This document shows, one piece after another, positions 57,644-64,000 of a DNA stretch of 64,000 nt (position 1 is the first letter of the stretch; every line of letters begins with the position of its first letter). The stretch spans positions 2,496,001 to 2,560,000 of the forward strand of contig OY968762.1 in assembly GCA_963695225.1 (NCBI GenBank), given 5' to 3'. Origin of the DNA: Vulcanimicrobiota bacterium. GTDB taxonomy: Bacteria; Vulcanimicrobiota; Vulcanimicrobiia; Vulcanimicrobiales; Vulcanimicrobiaceae. The notes under the pieces were generated by a model. The model saw only the letters and a list, made by a program, of their open reading frames with translations. It had not been told where the DNA came from and searched no databases. The position numbers and the translations under genes are program-made.

Positions 57644-58429
57644 GTGGCACTCTTGGACGGGAAAATCGCCCTCATCACGGGCGTGGCTAACCGCTGGTCG
57701 ATCGCGACCGGGATCGCTCGCGCGCTGCACGCGCACGGAGCGCAGCTTTGTTTCATCTATCAAGGCGATCGCGTTCGCGACGAGGTGGAGAAGCTCGCCT
57801 CCGAATTGGGCGGGCGCTGCTATCCGTGCGACGTGGGCAGCGACGAAGAGCTCGCGGCGCTCGCTGAGTCGGTCCGGCGCGATTACGGCCGGCTCGACGT
57901 CCTCGTCCATTCGATCGCCTATACGAACAAGGAAGACCTCCAAGGCAAGGTCTACACGACCTCCCGCAGCGGCTTCGCGCTCGCACTCGACATCTCGTCC
58001 TATTCGCTGATCGCGCTCACGAACGCGCTCGTCGACGTCCTCGTCGACAATTCCAGCATCATCGCGATGACCTATCGCGGCGGCACGGCGATCGTGCCGA
58101 ACTACAATCTCGCCGGCATCGCGAAGGCTGCGATCGAATCGATCGTCCGCTACCTCGCGTTCGATCTCGGCGACCGCGGCATTCGCGTGAACGCGATCTC
58201 CGCCGGCCCCATCTCGACGGCGAGCTCGCGCGCGGTGCGGGGCTTCAAGGGGATCCTCGATAAGACGGCGGCGGGGGCCCCCCTGCGCCGCAACGTCACG
58301 ATCGAAGACGTCGGAAACACGGCGGTCTACCTCGCCTCCGACCTCTCGCGGGCGGTCACCTCCGACGTGCACTTCGTCGATGCGGGCTTCCATTCGATGG
58401 GCATGTGGCCGGACGGGGAGCCGGGCTAG
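57644..58429 (+). CDS. fabI: Enoyl-ACP reductase
   Basis: ITGVANRWSIA, VHSIAY, DISSYS, YN..G.AKAA, RVNAISAGPI. Confidence 0.93.
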   Translation: MALLDGKIALITGVANRWSIATGIARALHAHGAQLCFIYQGDRVRDEVEKLASELGGRCYPCDVGSDEELAALAESVRRDYGRLDVLVHSIAYTNKEDLQGKVYTTSRSGFALALDISSYSLIALTNALVDVLVDNSSIIAMTYRGGTAIVPNYNLAGIAKAAIESIVRYLAFDLGDRGIRVNAISAGPISTASSRAVRGFKGILDKTAAGAPLRRNVTIEDVGNTAVYLASDLSRAVTSDVHFVDAGFHSMGMWPDGEPG

Positions 58430-59328
58430 GAAACCGGCAGGGTCATCCTCGCGTCGACGAGCGGCACGCACGTCCCGCCGACCTCGATTCCGTCGCTCCC
58501 GCCTTGACCGTGGATGCGGACGTGCAGGAAGCTGCGGCGCCCCATCTTCGTCCCTTGTTCGCTGACGAAGCGCGTGCCGTCCGCCGAGACCACGAGGCCG
58601 TAGCGCATCATGTACGCCGCGAGCGGCCCCGTCGCACTCCCGGTCGCGGGATCTTCGGCGACGCCGTGCTCCGGAGCGAACATGCGCGAATACGCGCCTT
58701 CCGGCGTCGGCGTGAAGACGAAGAAACAGATCGCATCGGCGACGGAGCCATGGAGGTCGAGGATCCCGCCGAGTTCGATCCAAGCCCGGTCGACGGCGCC
58801 CTTGTCGCGTAACGGGATGAAGACGGTCGGATTTCCCGCGCTGAGGAATTGCGGCTGAACGCCGGGCAGCAGATCGTCCGGTTCGAGGCCGAGCGCGCGC
58901 GCGGCGGCCGCCGGATCGTACGTGCGGCCGAATTCGACGGGCGGAGTCGTCAGCCAGATCATCGGCGGCGCCCCGGGTTCGACGCGAATCGGAACGTCGC
59001 CGACGAGTTCTTCGAGCGTGAAACGGCCGTCGCGCGGCGTCACGATGCCTTCGCGCACGAGGACGTCGCTCGCGCCGATGGTCGGATGCCCCGCGAAGCG
59101 CATCTCCATCGTCGGCGTGAAGATGCGCACGCGCGCCGCGCATGCCGCGCGGTTCGCGGGCAAGATGAAGACGGTTTCCGAGAGGTTGAGTTCCCGCGCG
59201 ATCCGTTGCATCGTCGCGGCCTCCAAATCGCGCGCGTCGGGGAAAACGGCGAGCGGATTCCCTTCGAGCGCGACGCGCGTGAAGACGTCCAGCACGACGT
59301 AGCGAAACGATTTCGTTGGTGCGTTCAC
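58426..59328 (-). CDS. PhzF-family epimerase
   Basis: GNPLAV, MQRIARELNLSET, FAGHPT, EDPATGSA, EQG..MGR.S. Confidence 0.92.
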   Translation of the reverse strand: MNAPTKSFRYVVLDVFTRVALEGNPLAVFPDARDLEAATMQRIARELNLSETVFILPANRAACAARVRIFTPTMEMRFAGHPTIGASDVLVREGIVTPRDGRFTLEELVGDVPIRVEPGAPPMIWLTTPPVEFGRTYDPAAAARALGLEPDDLLPGVQPQFLSAGNPTVFIPLRDKGAVDRAWIELGGILDLHGSVADAICFFVFTPTPEGAYSRMFAPEHGVAEDPATGSATGPLAAYMMRYGLVVSADGTRFVSEQGTKMGRRSFLHVRIHGQGGSDGIEVGGTCVPLVDARMTLPVS

Positions 59329-59397
59329 GCGCTGAGCTTGCCTCCCGCTGGAGGCTCATCCTTCGACGATTTTCGGCGGCGGGCCGGCGCGGGGCCC

Positions 59398-59736
59398 GCG
59401 TCCGGGTCGGGGCGGGGTTCCTCCGCGGGGACGCCCGCGATTTCGCATCCATGCGAAATCGCTACTCGTGCACTTGTTCCCACGCTGCTACGCAGCGCGG
59501 GTGCCCATTGGATTGAACAGGCGCTCCGCCTACGGCTCCGCGCCCCCCACACGCAAAGCGCGTGGGGCCCCCCGCCCGCCATCCGTGGCTCCGCCGGAAA
59601 GCTGCACGCCCCGCGGAGAAACCCCGCCCCGACCCGGACGCTACCTCGGTTCTAGTTCACTTGCCCGCTCCCGCCGTCGTGGCTCCGCCGGAAAAAGCTG
59701 CACGCCCCGCGGAGAAACCCCGCCCGCCCGGACGCT
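59398..59736. repeat. MITE/REP-like composite repeat
   Basis: 33-bp inverted repeat 59398-59430 / 59609-59641; ~59-bp direct repeat 59584-59642 / 59678-59736; internal hairpins. Confidence 0.8.
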
Positions 59737-59817
59737 GCCGCGGCTCTTTAAAGTGTGAGCTTGCCGTGTCGTGACGCTGAGGGTGTTTGTGGGAACATCG
59801 CAGCGGGAGGCATTGGA

Positions 59818-60831
59818 GTGAGAGCTTTGGCGTTTGGGCTCGCCGTTTCGGCGGCGCTCCTATCGGCATGCGGGGGGTCGGGTTCGACGGCAACCGGGCC
59901 GCCGGCCCCGGGTTCGACCGCTACGCCCGCGCCCGGGCCGAGCGCCACGCCGGTGCCTGGCGGGAGCGCCACGCCGACGCCGCAAGCCGGGGTCGCGATG
60001 CTCGGCTCGTGCCGCGCGTTTCCGGCGGATAACGCTTGGAACACGGACGTCTCGGCGTATCCCGTCGATCCGAATTCGGCGAACTATCTCGCGGAGATGA
60101 ACCCGGGCGGCTCCGTCCACGTCCACCCCGATTTCGGGAGCGATCCGACCTACGGGATCCCGATCAACGTCGTCTCCATCCCGGCCGGGAGCTTCGTGCC
60201 GATCGCGTTCACCGCGTACGCGTCCGAGAGCGATCCCGGCCCATACCCGATTCCGGTGAACCCGAAGATCGAAGCCGGGTCCGACGCGCACATGCTGATC
60301 GTCGACAACGCGAACTGCAAGCTCTACGAAACGTTCGCGACGGCTGGTTCGAGCGCCGGCGGCTGGAGCGCGGCGAACGGCGCGGTCTTCGATCTGAACT
60401 CGGACGCGTTACGGCCGGACGGCTGGACGTCCGCCGACGCGGCGGGCCTCCCGATCGCGGCGGGCCTCGTGCGCTACGACGAAGTGCAGGCCGGAGCCGT
60501 CAACCACGCCGTGCGGTTCACCGTCCCGGTGACGTCGCAAGGTTACATCCACCCCGCCACGCACCAAGCGGGCGGGACGACCCCGAACGCGCCGCCGATG
60601 GGGCTCCGCCTGCGCCTGAAGGCGTCGTACGACATCAGCGGCTTTCACGGGAACTCGCTCGTGATTCTGACGGCGCTGAAGAAATACGGGATGTTTCTCG
60701 CCGACAACGGCAGCTCGTTCTACATCAGCGGCGAAACCGATACGCGCTGGAACGATACCGATCTCAACCAGCTCAAGACGGTCCCCGCGAGCGCCTTCGA
60801 GGCCGTCTCCACGGGGACCGTCCAGCACTAA
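59818..60831 (+). CDS. Lipoprotein, conserved hypothetical domain
   Basis: Lipobox LLSAC, PT-rich linker, FPADNAWN, WTSADAAGLPI, ALKKYGM..ADNG. Confidence 0.85.
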   Translation: MRALAFGLAVSAALLSACGGSGSTATGPPAPGSTATPAPGPSATPVPGGSATPTPQAGVAMLGSCRAFPADNAWNTDVSAYPVDPNSANYLAEMNPGGSVHVHPDFGSDPTYGIPINVVSIPAGSFVPIAFTAYASESDPGPYPIPVNPKIEAGSDAHMLIVDNANCKLYETFATAGSSAGGWSAANGAVFDLNSDALRPDGWTSADAAGLPIAAGLVRYDEVQAGAVNHAVRFTVPVTSQGYIHPATHQAGGTTPNAPPMGLRLRLKASYDISGFHGNSLVILTALKKYGMFLADNGSSFYISGETDTRWNDTDLNQLKTVPASAFEAVSTGTVQH

Positions 60832-61295
60832 GCGGGCGTCGCGGCCTCCGCTAGAACGAGTTCGATCGCGGCGTCGATGCGCTCGTGCCCGGCATCGCCG
60901 GCTTGCACGTGCCGCAGTTCGTGGTTGCGGTCGAACAGGTAGAACGCGGGGACGGCCGCGTTTTCGAAGCGATCGACGAGCGTGTGCTCGTTGTCGATCG
61001 CGCAAGGCTGCGTGATCCCGAACGTCGAGCCGGTTGCCGCGGCGGTGACCCGGGCGACGTCGAGTTCGGCGGGCCCGCGCGGTTGATGCACCGCGATGAC
61101 GGCGAGGCCGCGCGGGCCGTACGTGTCGCGCCACCTCGAGACTTGGCCCGCGACCTTCTGGCAGATCGGGCACGTGAGCGACCAGAAGTGCAAGAGAACG
61201 GGTCGCCCGGCGAGGCCCGGAAGATCGGGCTCGCCGTTGATCCAATCCTCGACGCCGCCGAGATCCGGCAGCGCGCTGCGGCTGCGAAGCGCCAT
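60828..61295 (-). CDS. TlpA/redoxin-family protein
   Basis: WING, HFWSLTCPIC, VH.P. Confidence 0.85.
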   Translation of the reverse strand: MALRSRSALPDLGGVEDWINGEPDLPGLAGRPVLLHFWSLTCPICQKVAGQVSRWRDTYGPRGLAVIAVHQPRGPAELDVARVTAAATGSTFGITQPCAIDNEHTLVDRFENAAVPAFYLFDRNHELRHVQAGDAGHERIDAAIELVLAEAATPA

Positions 61296-61300
61296 GCGGC

Positions 61301-61855
61301 TCAGCCGACCGCCAGAAGCTTCTTGCCGGGCTTCCAATCCGCGGCGCAGAGCCCGCCGGTCTGCAGCGCTTGCAGTACGCGGAGCGTTTCGTCGACGCTG
61401 CGGCCGATGTTGTCCGCGGTGATCGTCGCGTACTTCAAGACGCCCTGCGGATCGATGATGAACAGCCCGCGCTGCGCCTTGCCGTCGGCCTCGTCGAGGA
61501 CGCCGTAAGCCGCCGCCGTTTCCTTCTTGTAATCCGCCACGAGCGGATACTTGAGCCCTTCGAGCCCGTTCTTGTCGAGCGGCGTGTTGATCCACGCAAA
61601 GTGGCTGTAGACGGAGTCCGTCGAGGCGCCCAGCACGTCCGCGCCGAGCACGGTGAAGTCCTCGTAGCGATCCGAGAGCGCGAGGATCTCGGTCGGACAC
61701 ACGAACGTGAAATCGAGCGGATAGAAGAAGAAGACGAGCCACTTTCCCTTGTAATCCGCGAGCGAGATCGGGGCGCCGAGGTTCGCGGCGCTGGTCGCGC
61801 CCTTCGTGCTGGCGAGGGTGAACGCCGGGGCGGGCTTACCTACTTGTGCGGGCAT
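61301..61855 (-). CDS. ahpC: 2-Cys peroxiredoxin
   Basis: FYPLDFTFVCPTE, RGLFIIDP, resolving LCAADW. Confidence 0.94.
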   Translation of the reverse strand: MPAQVGKPAPAFTLASTKGATSAANLGAPISLADYKGKWLVFFFYPLDFTFVCPTEILALSDRYEDFTVLGADVLGASTDSVYSHFAWINTPLDKNGLEGLKYPLVADYKKETAAAYGVLDEADGKAQRGLFIIDPQGVLKYATITADNIGRSVDETLRVLQALQTGGLCAADWKPGKKLLAVG

Positions 61856-61880
61856 GAGTTCCTTTCGTCGTTAGTGAATA

Positions 61881-61895
61881 TGAACATCATAGTCA
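61881..61895. promoter_or_regulatory. Candidate Fur/Per box
   Basis: TGAACAT-C-ATAGTCA imperfect 7-1-7 inverted repeat in an AT-rich stretch between ahpC and the divergent Fur gene. Confidence 0.5.
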
Positions 61896-61971
61896 ATCGT
61901 TAGACGCCCGTGGAAGCCTCTTTTGTCGCAGGCTGAGGCGTCGACCGGGGCGCGCCGAAGGGAGGGAGCAT

Positions 61972-62376
61972 ATGAAAGGTGAGAGCGACGGTGCGGGGCG
62001 CTTCTCGAAGAACTACGAGGCGATCCGCCGGGTCGTCGAGTCGGGAGGGCCCGGCTCGCACCGTACAACCGCCGAGATCTACGATCAGGTGCGCAAGCTC
62101 CAGCCGAAAATCGGCTACTCGACGGTGCAGCGCGGCTTGGCGCGCCTGGTGGGTCTCGGCCGGATCAACGCCGTCAAACTCCCCGACGAAAGCGGCGTCC
62201 GCTACGAGGCGCGCGGCTTCCGGCACGGCCACTTCCTGTGCGCCGCGTGCGGGACCGTGCTGGACGTTCCCTACGCGCTGCCGGATGAGACGATCGGCCG
62301 GCTCGCGGCGGAACTCGGCGTGAGTGTCGAGGATCACTCGGTCGCGCTCACCGGGCGCTGCTCCGCGTGCCGGTAA
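61972..62376 (+). CDS. Fur-family regulator (PerR-like by context)
   Basis: H.TTAEIY, STVQR.L, HGHFLCAAC, CSAC. Confidence 0.88.
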   Translation: MKGESDGAGRFSKNYEAIRRVVESGGPGSHRTTAEIYDQVRKLQPKIGYSTVQRGLARLVGLGRINAVKLPDESGVRYEARGFRHGHFLCAACGTVLDVPYALPDETIGRLAAELGVSVEDHSVALTGRCSACR

Positions 62377-62556
62377 GGAGTTTCCCCGCCCCCGGCCAAT
62401 AGGAGCGGCATCGGCTTTAAGCGTCGGCGCGGTCTCTCAGCGTGACCCGCCCTTTCGCCGATGGAAGTGGTGCTCGGCGCCACCCGTGTCATGCGGCCCT
62501 CGCGCGTTCCGAGACGACGGAACGTGCACGTTCGAGTGAGTTAGCAAAGCCGACCT

Positions 62557-64000
62557 GTGTTCGCGTCCACGCTCAAGTTGCGCCCGTATCAAGTCGAGGC
62601 GCAAAACGCCATTGTCGCCGCGCGCGAGCGCGGCGTGCGCCGTCAACTTGTCTCGCTCGCAACGGGCCTCGGAAAGACGGTCGTCATCGCGACGTTGCCC
62701 GAGCTGCTGCAGCTTCGCGAGAACGACATCACGCTCGTCATCGCGCATCGGGACGAACTGATCCAACAGATCGCCGAGCGGATGCGCGTGCAGAACCCCG
62801 ACGCGGTCATCGGCATCGAAAAGGCGGAAGAGCACGCGAGCGCGGCCTGCAACATCGTCGTCGCGACCGTTCAAACGCTGACCGGCAAGCGCCTCAACGA
62901 GTTCGTCACGCATTTCGGACGGCGGATCGCGCTGTTCGTCATCGACGAGGCGCATCACGCGGCGGCCCCGACCTATCGCGCGATCGTCGACCGCATCGTC
63001 GCCAAACGCCCCGAAGCGCTCGTTCTCGGCTTCACCGCGACGCCGACGCGCGGCGACGGGATCCGCCTGATCGATCTCTTCGACGAGATGGTCTACGAGA
63101 TGGACGCGCGCGCCGCGATCGACGCAGGGTATCTCGTGCCCGTCCGCGCGTATGCGGTCGCCACCGAAACGAGCCTCGACGCCGTCACCGTTCGTGGCGG
63201 CGATTTCGTGTTGGGCGCGCTCGCGGCGGCCGTGGATAACGAAGAGCGCAACGCGCGCATCGTGGAAGCCTACCGGCAACTCACCCCCGGGCGCAAGGCG
63301 CTCGTCTTCACGGCTTCCGTCGAGCACGCGCGCAACGTCGCGACGATGTTTCAAGCAGCGGGAATGCGCGCGGCATTCGCGAGCGGCGAGACGCCGGATG
63401 CCGAGCGCGAACGTATCGTGCGCGACTTCCGCGGCGAGACGCTCGACGTGCTCGTGAACTGCGGGCTCTACCTCGAAGGCTTCGACGTCCCGGGGATCGA
63501 GGTGATCGTCAACGCGCGGCCCACGAAGAGCGCGACGCTGTACACACAGATCACCGGGCGAGGATTGCGGCCGGCCGACGAGTTCGCGTTCGTGCTCTCG
63601 AACCTGCCCACGGCGGAATCGCGCCGCATCATGATTTCGCAGAGCGAAAAACCATACGCGCTCGTGATCGACATCGTCGACCAGGCGCGGCGCCATCAGA
63701 TCGTGACGCTGCCGTTCCTGTGGGGCATGCCCTCGCAGATCGACGTGCAGGGGCATCCGGTCTCGCAGGTCGCCGAGCGCTACGAGCAGTTGTGCCGGCG
63801 CGAGCCGCGCGCGGCGGCGCGCGTCCGCACGGCCGAGCAGATCGAAACGACGCTGCTCGATCTCGACGAGGCGGAGCGCTCGAAGCCCGGACACGTGGCG
63901 GTCTGGCAGCCCGTGACGAGCGAGCACTGGCGCCTGATCCGCCCGCCGAAGCTCGTCGCTCGAGACCGGAAGGGGCGCCTGGTTCCGCACTTCGCGGAGC
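62557..64000 (+). CDS. SF2 DEAD/DEAH helicase (ResIII/SSL2-like), runs off window end
   Basis: LRPYQ, ATGLGKT, IDEAHH, GFTATP, EGFDVP, Q..GRGLR; missing from the ORF track because it has no stop in the window. Confidence 0.9.
   Translation, partial: MFASTLKLRPYQVEAQNAIVAARERGVRRQLVSLATGLGKTVVIATLPELLQLRENDITLVIAHRDELIQQIAERMRVQNPDAVIGIEKAEEHASAACNIVVATVQTLTGKRLNEFVTHFGRRIALFVIDEAHHAAAPTYRAIVDRIVAKRPEALVLGFTATPTRGDGIRLIDLFDEMVYEMDARAAIDAGYLVPVRAYAVATETSLDAVTVRGGDFVLGALAAAVDNEERNARIVEAYRQLTPGRKALVFTASVEHARNVATMFQAAGMRAAFASGETPDAERERIVRDFRGETLDVLVNCGLYLEGFDVPGIEVIVNARPTKSATLYTQITGRGLRPADEFAFVLSNLPTAESRRIMISQSEKPYALVIDIVDQARRHQIVTLPFLWGMPSQIDVQGHPVSQVAERYEQLCRREPRAAARVRTAEQIETTLLDLDEAERSKPGHVAVWQPVTSEHWRLIRPPKLVARDRKGRLVPHFAE

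Noticed and set aside
59584..59736. CRISPR array
   Set aside because: Only two long direct units, no regular spacers, no cas genes
62437..63990. 517-aa minus-strand ORF, and the many other long overlapping Arg/Ala-rich ORFs in the track
   Set aside because: Shadow ORFs of real genes caused by high GC; the plus strand here carries clear helicase motifs

Overview
High-GC bacterial chromosomal window with no phage, transposase or CRISPR array visible. The gene mix (Terrabacteria-type secD-secF...apt-rel and rpsF-ssb-rpsR-rplI-lonC-dnaB order, Ala-rich flagellar export genes) suggests an Eremiobacterota/Armatimonadota-like organism; this is inference only. From left to right: the end of a flagellar export operon (fliP-[metF]-fliQ-fliR-flhB-flhA), a Fur-family regulator, secD-secF and a HIRAN+RecQ-like helicase. 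A ~26 kb accessory block follows, splitting what looks like the conserved secDF-(recJ)-apt-rel cluster. That block holds CBS and ppk2 genes, a C11 peptidase whose 5' end is duplicated around a 1.5 kb YbhB+VapBC cassette, and a RelE/DAG-kinase deletion scar. It also holds a large PFOR coupled to a fused NfnBA protein, an orphan substrate-binding protein, an acetate-CoA ligase/GNAT, and a PAS-degenerate GGDEF-EAL gene coupled to kaiC-kaiB. Next come apt flanked by two paralogous small secreted proteins, rel, an orphan RND pump, the rpsF operon with an S6:S18 leader, and tRNA-Thr(CGT). The right end has a GntR regulator, lipoproteins, NMO-fabI, phzF, a MITE/REP-like repeat, ahpC with a divergent Fur/PerR gene, and a truncated SF2 helicase. 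The best candidates for undescribed biology are the c-di-GMP PDE-KaiCB operon, the PFOR-fused Nfn-acetate module, the direct-repeat-flanked TA cassette, and the 'ASTRN' secreted paralog pair.
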